The notes: generated from the sequence alone by a model not told the origin. DNA of 64,000 bases from Chrysomallon squamiferum (GCA_012295275.1 CM022670.1:13578001-13642000); one strand, 5' to 3'; shown: positions 1-14,904, counted from the stretch's first letter. Made by a program: numbers and translations.

Positions 1-1181
1 TCAGAGTGGCTAATATAAACTCAGTTTTAAAATGTGTATCTTGAGGTGAAATATAACAAATGTCATTATTACTGAATTTGAAAATGTCTAATAAAACAAA
101 ACACTAGTTTGATAGTAATGAAGTTTAATAATGAAGTTTAACTATTCTGAACTGTTAAGCTTGTTGTTATTTCTGAAAAACAACAAATGACACATCACTG
201 TAACATATGCATATAAAATTAAAATATTCTTTTAAAAAAAAACCAGTCACCACAAATTACTGATAATCAAATTAATTAAATCTACATGCAAACAACTGAA
301 ACTGCCTGTGTAAATAGGTTGCCTAAGTTTTGACCTTCAGACATCATTGACACACAGAATGTATCTGTGTATTTGTTCATACCACTGTTAAATGATATAG
401 AGATTAAATGTAAATTCCCCTAAAATATTATTATTAAGAGCAAGTTTGTGGACACATATAGTATTAAAAGGTCTGTTATTTTTATTGTTATTTTGTTATT
501 TTTTATTGTTATTTTGTTTTATTTTTTCCTCTCCAATATTAATTAAACACAGAATGAATTTATCCATAACACTATTCGGGCAAATTTATTTAACAGAGAG
601 AAGAAAAAAAAGAAACAGGATTTAATATACAATTTTTTACATTTTAAAATTAACAAAAAAAGATTTAGAATATCAATGTCTTTAATTTAAGAGCAGCAAA
701 AAGACAAAAAATATACCTACTGAATCATTTTGAAATTCAAATTTGTAAAAAAATATGTACAAATGTAAGTCATTTATTTCTTATGTAAAAATGTTTTAAT
801 CTATTTTTTAAAATGACAATACTTATTTAAAAATGTCAACAGTGAAATTAACTTATAAATTATTTATACATTCTAAATGCATGAAAGGTAAATATTTCTA
901 AGACATCTTTTTATTTTATTCTTGCAGGGGCAGGTTTGTCACTTCTGTAAACCACATGACACAAAAATGTACAGAATTGTGAATTTATTTTTTTGTTGTT
1001 GCAGACACCACAAGTCATACACTAACAACAGCTGTTAGTACAAGTTGTAAATTTCTTTCTGGAAAAACAGCTCTGTCTTACTGTCATACTGAAAGATTTT
1101 TTGTTTTTATTTTTGTTTTAAAAAAAAAAAAAAAAGTCTGTTGCCATGGTGACCGGATGAAATGAATTTTCTAAAGATGAT

Positions 1182-1831
1182 TTAATCCTTCGATTCGTTA
1201 TCATCAGGTTGAGAAGCATCAGGATCATCTTTGTCGCGCTTTTTCTTGCTCTTGCTGCGGTGTTTTGACTTGTGGTGATCCAGTTCATCTTCTTTCTTTC
1301 TGTAGGTAAAATAACAACACGTGTGTGAGAAGATTTCCAATGTGAGAGAAAACCAGCATGACTAAAAAAAAACCTATTAATACATTACGAGCCAAAAATC
1401 TTTCATTATCATCAACAAATTTACTATTTCCCTACTATTTACTATTAATCATGAGATAGACAAGATGGTCAACCACACGACTTTTTAATAACAGTGTCAA
1501 ACTTTGTCATTAGTTAAGGTTGGACATCAGTTCAGACAATTGTCTCAAGTATACATTTATAAAAAATAAAAAAAATAAAAACCTGACAAATTTACCTTCT
1601 AGTTCTATGTTTTGATGAGTCTCTGTCACCTGACCTTGACCTGTCTCTGCGATCCCTGTCACGCTCTCTGTCCCTGCCTCGTTCCCGATGAGATTCTCGG
1701 TCACGCTCTCGCTCTCGGTCACGGTCACGGTCACGATCCCTTCTGTAGGCATCTCTTTCTCTACATAATAAAACAAATATTAATATACATATATCAAAAT
1801 AAAAAAAATAAAAAATAAATAAGTAAATGTA

Positions 1832-1862
<31 letters not shown>

Positions 1863-2619
1863 AAACAAATTAAAAATAAATAACATAACAATTCTACAGG
1901 ACACTTAGACTTGAACACAAACCTTTATGAAGATAGTCCCACAACAAAAGAGGTATGTGTTGTCCTGGCATGGACTAGTTACACATTCAAAAAAAAATCA
2001 CCTACTTGTGATAAATCAGAACTACAAATATTTTAATATCTGTGTAAAGGCTGATGACAGATTAATTAATTAGTGTGTTCTAGAGATATTGTTAAACACA
2101 GCAAGTACCAACCTGCTATACAAATCAGTTTCTGGGCTCAATTCACGGTGGCGCCATCGTTCTTCATAGCTTGAAAATAATACACATTATGCTATCTGTT
2201 CAACAGTGGTCATTCAGAATAAACCAACCTCTGACAAATCTTTTTAAGTTTGTTTTAACAAAACAAAGGACAGTGTGTGTCACTAGTTCAAATGTCAGAC
2301 ATAAAAATGTTAGCAAATATGAGCTTATACAAACAAACATATAAAAAAATACACATAATAATAAAAATAATAAAAATAATAATTAAATAAAAATAAGAAA
2401 AATGAAAAGGTAATTAGAAATACAAAAAAAAAAAAAAAAAAAAACCCAGTATAAATTAATTTCCTGCTTAGGATATATATTAGGATGATAAGAACACTTT
2501 AAAAACAAACAAGTAAACCTCGGAATTTTATATAAAATCCATTTAGGTTTCTTATTATAAAGCAGACTTTTAATAACAAACTAACAAACAATCTGAAATC
2601 AAATATTTACTATTCAAAA

Positions 2620-2663
<44 letters not shown>

Positions 2664-2895
2664 TATTTAACAAAAAGTAAAAAAAGTTAATAAAACAAGT
2701 CATACTAACACAAGGAATATATTTTAACACATAATTCAAGGTAAACTTACCCAGATTCCCAGCTGGGGTGATGTGGTTCAGTGTAGGTAACACCATATGA
2801 ATTGTGAGGTGTGTCATAGTTGTATGTAGGAACTGTGAAACTAGGTGGAGGCTGAGTTCTAGAAAATAAAAATAATAAAATAACATTAAATAAAT

Positions 2896-2930
<35 letters not shown>

Positions 2931-3085
2931 CCCAGATTTAAATACACAAAGGACAAGAGTATGTATATGTGAATACGAGCAAATGCATGCATGAACCTGT
3001 ACAGAACAATACTGCTGAATCAGTTTCATTATGATTTATTTTTAAATTTATTAATTCATTTTATATACCTTATTTTTATATACTT

Positions 3086-3116
<31 letters not shown>

Positions 3117-3677
3117 AAAAAAATAATAATAAAAAAAAAAAAATAATATAAATAATCAACAGTTATGTTTAAGTAACAGGTTTAAAATGCATATCCAAAA
3201 ATAAAATATAATATACCACAATGATATCCAAAAAACAATTTTGTTTTGTATTTAAATGTATTCAAACTATTATTATTTTTGACAAGCATTGACAGTAAAA
3301 TTATTTATTTTTAGTTCTTTAATGAAATATATAAAAAAGAAATCATAATAATAAAAAAAAAATTATATATAAAAAGAATAACAGTGTGATTATAAGAATT
3401 TATACAAGTCATCAATAAGTATTAATGTATTTGTACCTATTTCCATTACAGTTCAGACAAGTTCGCAGTACAGAGTGGCTAAGACTATTATGAGGTTAAG
3501 GTGTTTATTTTCAAACAACTATTTTATGGGAAAGGTGGAAACTGCACATTAATTTATCTTTATAAATAGGTTTCCTGATAATTCAACTCACACTCTTCAG
3601 GAGAGTAAAATGGACTGACAAAATTGTAAAATGCTGTGAGTGTTTTTTGTATATTTTATTTTACTTGTATTTATTTA

Positions 3678-3715
<38 letters not shown>

Positions 3716-4869
3716 ATACATAGATTATGTAGAAAACAAAGTAACATTAGTTATTAATATAAACATATCCAGTGAGTTTTAAGCAGCAAGGAGTCTTTTC
3801 ATTTGTACTTTTCTATAGAAAAAAATAACATACTTTGATAACACTAGTTATCCATGACCGATTTAACAAGTACATGAGAAACAGTCCCCATATTTCTTCA
3901 CACTTATTATTTAACTGTTAAACTTTGTTATTAGGAAAGGCTCAGGAAACAGTTCTATAAGGTAACTAATGTGATTTAATCCTAGATTTTTCGTTTGAGA
4001 AAGACTTGAGGGTGATCAATGTTCTCAAAAACAGACCTGAAACAAGCCATCGTTGACACAAGTACTTAAGTTGATAAAATTATCCAGGTTAATAGGATTA
4101 GGATTACTGTGTGTGCATGTATTAAATTACATCATATGGTGTAATATGATATAATATCAAACATAATGCACGACTCTGTCTGTACCTCACATGACATGAA
4201 ACATCTTGTATAAATATTAACTGTGTCTGCCTTGATATAATATTAAAAAGAACTATCAGTTTCTTATTAAGGTGTGTCTGGGGTGATAAACCAAAAAAAT
4301 CCCCTGAAAGCAACATTTTTTTTTCTCTCTCTTTTAATGAACCAAAACTCTAAATACATTTTGTTTATTTATTTCCTGATAATACAAAACAAAGATGGGA
4401 CTAAGAACAGCCTAAGAGATCATTTAAACCTGTTTAAAAATTATCAAAAAAAATCATAAAATCTATATATTTAGGATAGTGAAATTAAGAGTGATACTTT
4501 CAGAGCTACACATGTTTAGAAATGTTCTTATGATTAAATACACTGATATTAAACTTTTTAAAATATTAAGTCATAAAGCAGCATAAAAACTCCAAAATAT
4601 ATAAAATGAAATAAGAAAGCAAGCAAAAATCTATCAATAAAAAAAATAATAATTAAAATAAAAAGTAATGATAATAAAAGAAATAAAACAAAGAAATTAA
4701 TAACTGTAATCTTTTAAGAAGAGGTAAATTCTACATTTTGCTTGCATAATAAATACACTTCCTGTCTATGACTTCCCTGAGAATGTTCCAATCCTAATGT
4801 AACAGTACTTAATTATAGTGATATTTATAAGCAGAGAAAAATATTATAAATAATAATATTTAAAAAAAA

Positions 4870-4911
<42 letters not shown>

Positions 4912-5351
4912 AAGAAAACAAAAACATTGAAAAGGAAGATAACAAAAAGAAAAAGAAAAAGAAAAGAAAGAGAATTATAAAAATTGGATGGCTGGATGTA
5001 TCGATGAAAAAAAAAAAATTAAGAATGAAAATCAAGAATGAGAAACACAAAACAAAAAACAAGAAGAACACAAAATATAAAAAGAAGAAAACATGATGGA
5101 AAAAAAAGAAAATAATAAAGATTTACAATAAAGTAACAAAGAGTTACCTGTCAGCTGTTACTGTTCCATAGTATGCTGTAAAAAAAAACAAATGGAAGGA
5201 GTCAACACAAATAAAAGAAATCTAAAAACATTCATAACAGCTGCATCTGAAAACTCAGTATACAAATATAACTGTTCAAATACTGTGAAATTCATAACAT
5301 TTAGGGAAAGAAAGAAAAAAAAAATAATAATAATAAATAAATAAATAAATA

Positions 5352-5383
<32 letters not shown>

Positions 5384-8300
5384 TTAAAAAAATAATAATC
5401 TTAGAATCATATTTTATACCTGTTATAATTATATGATATAAATAAAAAAAAAAAAAAAAATTCCTAATTGGCTTTTGATATCAGAATAAATATCTGGAAA
5501 TGATTTATAGGATTATGTACTGGTAACAGAGATTAAACAAATTTTCTGAACACATTTTAAACCTACTTCACAAGTCAAACGAGGTTATTCAAATTTATTT
5601 TTGAAATGCAGTGATTATGAGCAGCATGGGCTTGTAATAAATGATGACATTCAGTTGTGAATTTTGTTACATTTGACACTATTTCCACTGATGATGAAAA
5701 AACTACACAAGTAATTGTGAATGAATCACAAGCAAAGTTGCCACACAGATACAGCCACGGTGTAAAGACGTCATTACAAACAAGACTCCTCTCCAGGAAA
5801 CAACATAAAACTGATCATTGTTCTAAATTCGCGGATATCAAAACATTCCACATATTATAGTTTCAAAAAAAAAAAAAACATGTCAGGATTATTAAGTCAC
5901 ATTTTGAGAGGCATAAATTAATAAAATATTAATATTCATTAAGCTTTACTTTGATAGCACTCATATGTACTGCTATCAAAGACTTGATTAGTTAAATATT
6001 GGTTATCATGGAACATTCTGAACAAATCTGACTAACTTCTTCTAACCCAAGACGGGTTCAGAAAAGTTTAGCATTATAAAGCATTTTTTTTTTTCTTCTT
6101 GTTAAACGATTCATTTCACAAAGTGGTGAAATATATAAAAGAAACCACCAGTATTAAGTTGTTAATCATACAAAATATGTTTACTCCATTAACAACTAAT
6201 AGACACAAAATTTGAACTTGTGGTATACAAAAGCAAACTAAAGATCAGCATTTGGTTCTGAGATGTGATGAGACATGAATGGTCTGTCTCACTGCACCTG
6301 TAACTCCCTTGATATAAACTTTTCTGTCTACACAGTGATACACATAAAAATGTTTTGCTACTTCAGAAAACAGTCATAATTTATTAAATATGAAGCAATA
6401 TATATATAAGAAAGAAAGAAAGCAAATAAAAAATAAAATAAATTAAAATATGGTGCATGTGACTGAATAACTACATCCAATTGATCTAAAGATATAAATT
6501 AATATGTATCTTCATCTGTATTTTATGAATATGTAACCAGACACATACATACATTACAACAGATGTAATAATAGTTTTCGGTTTGTAATGAGCAAGAAGA
6601 CAAAAAAATGAGGTATTGACTGAAAACATACTTTATTGATTTTAAGATAAAAGAAATAAAAAGATTTTCCACATTCCTAGCCACAAAATGCATCTGTGCG
6701 GAAAAAAACTGACAAACCCAAATCATTTTAAAATAGTCTACTAAAGAAAATGGGGTTTATTAAGTAAATATAAACAATGTATGTGTGTATACCATTCATT
6801 TATTTATTTATTTAATTTATACTACATTAATATAAAGAAGAAGAATTTTACTGAAAAATAAATGAATAATTAAAATAATAACAAATACGAAAAGAAATAA
6901 AAAAAGAAATAGTAAATGGTGAAGGAAGAGGAGAGAGAACAAAAACGATGGATTAAAAACCAAAATGGCTATCGCTGCCACCAACTGACAACTTTGAACT
7001 GTGAGACTTTGTGTCACAATAATTTGAGATTTTGATTTGTACAGACAGGTCAAGTCAAACCAAAAATATAGCACAATGTTTACATTTCATATTACCAAGC
7101 ACTTTGTCCTACAAACAGAAAAATGAACAGACGTGGTCTGCTCTACCAGTTCAATTGAAAAGTAAGACGAAAAAAAAAAAAAGAAGAAGAAGAAGAAAGA
7201 AAAAGAAGAGCTAACATTTCAGAGAAATATTTTTTAATAATAAGAGATAAACAGTTTGAATTTGTACTTTATTGTTGTTAATCAAAAGTCATTTCAACAG
7301 GGAAGGGTTTTAAAGAAAGATGTGAAAAGAGACAATGAAGATATTTTGAACAGAACGAGGAATGTTGTGACAAATGTGAACGTACCATGGCAGGAACTCA
7401 TTTTGTTTTTAACTGTGAAAATAGGCATAAAGGATCTTTAGAAATAATTAAAAAAAATTAAAAATCAAACTTTTTAAAAATAATCTTATAACAGGTTCAA
7501 ATGGATTATGCCAAAAACCTGCTCTGTCACTGCTGTGGAATAATGAACACAGGAATAATTAATATCTAGACTTTGCAGTTAATGATTTTGGATTGAACAA
7601 AATACTGTGAAATTTGCACATCACTGAGATAGTAAATGGATTTTCACATGTATGAACCGAGATTCTGACAATTTTCATTTTGACAACAAGTATTTTATAA
7701 AACCTCTGTATAAATTACCAAGTCAGTAACTGGACATGCAACAGAAAGATAAATACCTGTCTGTGATATTCCTACAAAAAAACCCAGTGAGGACGACAAA
7801 CAAAAAGACAAGAAATGTTGAGCCAAATGTAAATGGATTACAATAATAAATGTCCTTGGTACAGGAGTAACAAAAATAAGGAATCTCTTTAATTTGAAAT
7901 CTGATACTGTGAATATTACTAAAAAACCCAAAAACAAAACCAACTAGAAATTATGCATATAGAAATAAAATGACCTTGGTCTTAACAACAGGTAAGAACA
8001 GATAAGCAACATATAATTTATTTTAATTAAATTGTAACAGCAAGGTATTAGAACACACAACACGGAATATGGTGTCAAAAGTAAATGGACTGTGGCTGAA
8101 TTCTGTTCTTGTTTTGTGAGGATTGAAATGGATTAAGGAATTGGTGAAGCATACACGTTAGAGCAAATCAATCCGAGTCAAGGAAACTCTTGGTAAGTAT
8201 ACACTTTGAAACAACAAACAGCTGGACAAAACAGGACCTGTGCTTACTGAATCAATCAGAGCAGAAATTGCTGATATTGATCACAATATGAAAATGAGTG

Positions 8301-11300
8301 TTAAACCTGAATAAATGATAATGAATATAAATTAAAAAAAAATAATAATCAAATAAAAAAAATAAATAACAATAATTTTTTTTTTACAAATATAAAAGAG
8401 AAAAAAGAAAAGAAAAGAAAAAAGACAAGCCCAACAAAGTGGTACTAGTAACAGTATGAAGAATAATTATAATAATGTTGCTGTGTAAGTGAAAATTTTA
8501 AGATGACAATATAAAAATAAATTTAAAAAAAAACGAAAAAAATAAGTTAAAATTTAAAAAAAACCATTTATCTTCTGGTGCATCATAAACAATGTAAAAA
8601 AGGAAATAACAAAATATGTCATGTCTTGAATTTTACAGAGAAAAGAAAAACATAACAATAAGTTATAACTTACAGTCTCAACTATTAAATTTGAATTTAA
8701 TTCCAAATTCAATATCAAAAGTTGAACAAGAAAAACAGAATAAAATAAGAAAAAAAAAAGCCAAACCATAAAGGGAAAGAAAATACACTCCTTGTAATAA
8801 CTATACATAATAAATGCTAAAATAAAATAACTACATTTTTTTTTTTAAAATTAAATAAAAAAACACAAAAGAAAAAGAAAATAAAAACCGTATGAGTACT
8901 GAATGACTTGAAAAGTTTTGAACTTGATTTGCTGTTACCACAACCAATAACATTAATGGAAATAAAATATAGATAGAACTGCTCTTCAAGGAGTTGGCTG
9001 GGATCAATATAATTAATTATATAGTGATTAAACTGAGCAGTGCAATTGCTTTGCTAATCACCTGTTATTCAGGTATTTGCTGCAACAGCTTATGGTACTT
9101 CCTCTTAACTGTAAAAATTCTGTAACAAACATTAGGTTCTGTGTGTTAAGTGTTCCAAGTGAATACTAATTGAAAAGGCAAAAGTACTTTGGAAAAATAT
9201 ATTTTTTTCACTTGTGGATTGTTTTATTCCATTTAAAAATGTGATGAAGAAAGAATTGGACACTGACTTAACGTAAAGTGCTAATTCATTTAAAAAGTTG
9301 GAAAAAAAAACACACTGTTCAGTACTTTGTATTAAATACTTAATGAAGAAACTAAATGGGTAAGTACATATTTTTGGTTGTCTGTTAGTACTGTATGTTA
9401 ATGTTCCATTTAAAAACAGCATGGAAAAAACCCCAGCTAACTTTAGCTAAGACAATATTGTGATATAAGGGCATTAATATTGGCTTTTACCTCAGCATTA
9501 CTTTGAGATATTTTCATAAATGAGTAAAGGACAGAGACAAAAATATAATTCTTGATTACTGGGGGTTTTAAGAGTATAATATGTTGTGGACAAACAACAA
9601 AATATAAACAGCAATACATTTGTTGAAGAAACAAAATACAGATTGCAATATTCTGTGTGAAAAATAAAAAACATAATGATATAAACAACAATATATTATT
9701 TCAATCAATACTGCCTCAGTATTATATTTAAATACTGCACAAAGTATATTAGGACATAAACTAAACTATATTATATACATTATTGCTACTTCATGATAAT
9801 AATTCAGTACTGTATGAAAATCTGTAACAAAACAACAAAAAATAAAAAAATAAAAATGGATGCACCATTCTGGGTGTCCAGGTGTTGCTCTAAGTGCTAG
9901 AGGTCCATTAAAATGCTGTGTAATGACCCAGAGAGTATATAATAAAATACATTAGGTATGGACAAGTAGTGACCTCTGTCATTGTTCCATTTAAATAGTG
10001 TGAAGATCAAATAGATAGAGCAAGGGCACTATACCAACTTTCTGTATTAATATTCTATTTAAATAATGGTCGAATAGATTTTTTTTAATTTTTTTTTTTA
10101 TAAACACAATAAATTTATAGTTTAAGTGTTTACCATTTTGTACGTAGGTGGTAACTTCAAATTTTTTGCAAAGAAATAGAAGAAGATTATATAAAAATAA
10201 TTTCGCTGCCTAATGTCATTGTCTACCGGTTAAGTGTTTCATTTTAATGTGCACCAAACAAAAGGATATAGTGAGGAATATATTAGGTCTGTATTGCTAG
10301 TTTCATGTGTTTCATTTTCAGTTAAAAACTGTGGAAGTCATCATTTGTATGTGGATAATTTGTGATAAAATGATAAAAGTATTAATTTTCACAAATCTGT
10401 GCTAGCCACTTCAATAAAAAGTGTAGGTATTTATATAAATTTTGAAATTGTAAAAAGTTATTTCTTAAATAATACTTGAAAATGTTATTCTAATTAAAAC
10501 AACTGTTGTTGGGTTTTTTGTTTTATATTATTGTTTTTTTTAAAAATCCCAGTATATACACCTATCTTTATACACAAATACATACAGATATGTAAAAAAA
10601 TACATGTTCAAATGCTGAATGGAAAAATACAATGATTCAATACAAACTAAATTGGAAAATGGTAAAATAAATATATAATTAAATAAACAATAAGAAAGAT
10701 AATAAAAAACAATAATAATAATAATAACCATGAACTAGATAGAATCAAATATATATAGTACTGGCAGAAGCCCCCAAAAAAAAAAAAAAAATAAAAAAAA
10801 AAAAAAAATAAAAATTCAGTGTTAAAAAAATTAAATAAAACAAGAAACTAGTAAACTAGTTATTTTTTTTTTTTTTTTTTTGGGGGGGGGTAATTAGAAT
10901 AAAGAGGAATTTCCAATTACTGTATAATGCAGTTAAAACAAAAATGTAAAATGTAAAACTGCAAGAATGAAAAGAAAGAAAGAAAAAAAAAATCTATATC
11001 TATATAGGAATAGGGGATTAAAAACAAAAATTAATTCTACTGAAAATTTATTTTAAAAATATGACAAATAAGATATTAAGTGAAATATAATAAAAGAAAA
11101 CAAAAACTGAATAAAATGTTTTAGCGAAAACAGTAATGTATGAAAATTAATAATAATAAAAATATGTATATGTACAAAAAAATGTATTAAAATGAAAATA
11201 ATTTCTTCAGGAAATATGAACTGAAATCATTTTGTTTATAAAATATATTCATCCTAAATAAAATATAAGGAAGGATTTACAATAATTCATTAAAATTGAA

Positions 11301-13723
11301 TTTAAATGAATAAACAAAACACACACACAAACATACACACGAATTAATGAATTACTATTAAAAAAAAATATTCAACATTTATTTTCTTATTTATTTGCTT
11401 ATTTGTTTCAGGTATCCATCTTAATGAAAACAAGCTTATATCCTGTTTGCCCATCATATAATGATTATCAGCAACATCGAGTGTGAAGATAATTCAATAT
11501 GCCATTGTGAGAGACTTGATTACTATTTACAGACTAAACAGATCATAATTCATCTGTCATCTCTCACCAAAACTAATTTGTGTTGACAACTTGTTGTTTG
11601 TTTACAAGTCCTTTATTTCTGATGGAAAGTACACTACTAGGATGTTAATTAATCCATAACAAAGAAAAATTGAGTTCAAAAGTATTTTTGCAAAAACGTG
11701 CATATTTATAAAAACTAAAAAAAAAAAAAAAACGCAAACAAAACCCAACTGTATTAGCAGACTGTGGATTTTAAACTAAAATTCTGATGAATCAGTTTTG
11801 AAGTCAATGATCACTGTCACTTATGGATGCCACAGCCTTCATCTATGTCACCATAGAAGCCGTTGTGGGTGTGATTTCTGCAGTGGGCAATATGTTGGTG
11901 CTGGTTGCGATATATCGGACCAGAACTCTTCAGACTGCAACCAACTGTTTTATTGGCAGCCTGGCTCTGGCTGATCTCATTGTAGGATTAACTGTGGCTC
12001 CCTTAGCAGCTCTCAGCTTTGTGGGTCTACCTCACAACCTCATGGGATGTCTTTTTGTCAACTCCTTGGTGGTGGTTTTTACACAGGTATCAATATTTGG
12101 CCTGCTTGCAATTGCTGTTGAACGATTCATAGCCATTAAGTATCCATTTGCCTATCAAAAATGTGTTACCATCTGTCGATCCATTTTCACCCTCGCTGTT
12201 ACCTGGATCCTGGCCTGGATTGTGGGCTTGGTGCCAATGTTCGGATGGAACAAGGCCAAAAACTGGAAGGCAGATTCTAACTGTTCATTTACTGTTGTCA
12301 TCGGATATGATTACATGGTTTATTTCAACTTCTTTGGGTTTGTGCTCACACCACTGCTGATCATGTTTGCAATCTACATTTACATATTTTCTATTGTTCA
12401 CTCACAAATGGCAGCCATGTCAGCCCTGAACATAACAGACAGTACAAAGAAAAAACGAAAGTTTCTACGTGAAATTAAAGCAGCAAAGTCTTTGGTTTTC
12501 ATTATTGTTCTGTTTGTTGTCTGCTGGCTCCCAATCCACATCTGCAACTGCATCAGTCAGTTCTGCACAAGCTGTAACATCCCAATACCTGTTTTATTAG
12601 CAGCTATCATTCTAAGTCATGCCAACTCTATGGTTAATCCAGTTCTTTATGCCTATGGAAACAGCAAATTTAAAACAGCTTTTCGCAAGCTCTGCTGTTG
12701 TCCTGTTTCCTGGGACGATGGGGAATCTACAGATTATGCAACACATAAACCAACATCTGCAAACCACAGTGGACAGCCGAGTGGACCTGTGAATCATGAC
12801 ACAGACACTACGCAAGTATCAAATCCAGTGACAAATGGAGAAATAGAATTCAGTGACTTTAAACAGCAGCCAATAAATGGAAATATCAAACAGTCTGGAA
12901 ATGTAAATATCTCTACTACAGAACTAATATCCACTCATCATTTTACCAATGGATCACAACAAAAAAGGTCAGGAGATGTGTATGTTATTGAAACTGAGAG
13001 TGACAGTCTTAACAAAACAGACAAAATCTTTAATAACGGATTACAGAAATCCATTCATAAAGCAAAACACAGTGGGAACGAAGAGACAGGAGTCACTGAA
13101 AGTAAGCCTCAGCAAGCAGTTACAGAATCAGAAAGTTTTAACATTTCCACTCAAAATGCACCTGACAGAGGAAAAGAGGAGATCAGTTATTCAGAGACGG
13201 GTGAAAAATCTGGACAGTATTCAGAAGGAAGAAGCGAATTTGATGGTACACAGGATTCTAACAAAGATAAACAAGAAAGTGATGTTTACATATTAGAATC
13301 AGGTGATAGTTCTGTTCCCAGTCCTGATTCTCTGTCGAATAATGTGATATTATCAACCCACTTGTAAATGTTAAACTTTGTTGAATTTCGTTTGTAACTA
13401 AAATGTTTGTGTTAATACTATTTTTAAATGTTAAGTTTATTCTTTATACCAAGTATTTGTTTTTATTACAAGAATATTTTTAAGTATACAGATTATTAGA
13501 CTGTCTTGTCAGGAAAAATATTTGTATTTGGTTTTCTTCATTTTCTAGTTTTCTCAATAATATCATATTTTCAGTTACATTTTTCTTTAGAAGAAGAAAT
13601 GATATTAACATATTATTTAAATTATTATCCATGTATTCAGATTAACATTCAAATGTTTTCTTTAAAATATTTGTTTTAATGATGAATGAATGAATATTTA
13701 GTAATATTGTGTGTATGTATTTA

Positions 13724-13765
<42 letters not shown>

Positions 13766-14904
13766 CATGCATGTGCATGTGCATGAACGAAAATGTGATG
13801 TATGTTGCCTTATGATGCAAGAAAACTTCTGCTGCAGCTATTTCCTTCATCTGTTCTTACTGACTGGTAGCACTGGATTTTTTATGGGCAAATTTCCACA
13901 GACTTATATAAAGACCTGACTGGCATGGGAAATAATTTCTAAAGAGGATTTATCAAAGAATACTTTATAATTTTGCAATTTCATGTAAAAAACAAAACAA
14001 TTTTCATTGTATTATGTATTATCTATTATTTAAGATGAAATAAAGCAAGTAATAATAGTAACAGTAATACTAACAAATTTATAATTACGGCAATTCATTT
14101 CATGCAAGAGATGTTTTTAGGAGTGTTCAGTTCTCATATTCATTGTATATAAATAAAAAAAATTAAAAACTAAACAATTTTGTTGCTGGGTTTAATTTCG
14201 TAACCTTTAAAATGAGATAGGTTTCAGAGATGTCAGATAGCAACAATCATAAATTGTTAACTGGAAGGACTGAGTAATCCATATGACTTGAAAGATTCCA
14301 TGCAAAGAAATAGGTACAACAATGTCTTTTTCAAAAAAAACACTTGACTCTTCATTTAGTGGATCCCCCATTTGCCAGATTTCAGTAAATCTGGACAGAA
14401 TCTGGGAAATATGCAAATACACTCAAATCTATTGAAATTCAGACCCATCCAGGAGTTCTCGAAATTTCGAAGTTACCAATCTGGCCATGCTGTCCAACAT
14501 GGTAAGTACAAACTGTGACTTTTAAAATAAATTTAGTTCTACACATTATTCCACACTATGAACTTAGTTCTGAGTATTATTTTCCATTGTTAATGTTAAT
14601 ATTTAATATTTTAATAAACTTTATAAAATCCAGATTTTTTATTTTTTGAGAAACCTTTACCCACCTGTTACTCAGTTAAAGAGAGGGCAGGCTGTGTGTA
14701 TATAGGATTAAAACAGTAATAATAATAAAAAACATAATAATAATAACAACAGTAGTAACTGCTTGCTTATATATCTGTAGTGGTAGATTCTTTGGGTTAC
14801 TGTGAACAGCTAAAGCTATATAACCATTAAGACATACCTGGATTTGCCCATTGTTCAGTATTTTGTGTTAAATACTTAATGAAGAAAGTAACATGAAGTA
14901 CAGG

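Noticed and set aside
5641-5691. Box C (ATGATGA) ... box D (CTGA) snoRNA-like pattern
   Set aside because: Only ~50 nt, no terminal stem, and antisense to the host intron.
14340-14492. Possible hAT-like terminus (CAGCATGGCCAGATT on the minus strand)
   Set aside because: No matching second TIR or 8-bp TSD found.
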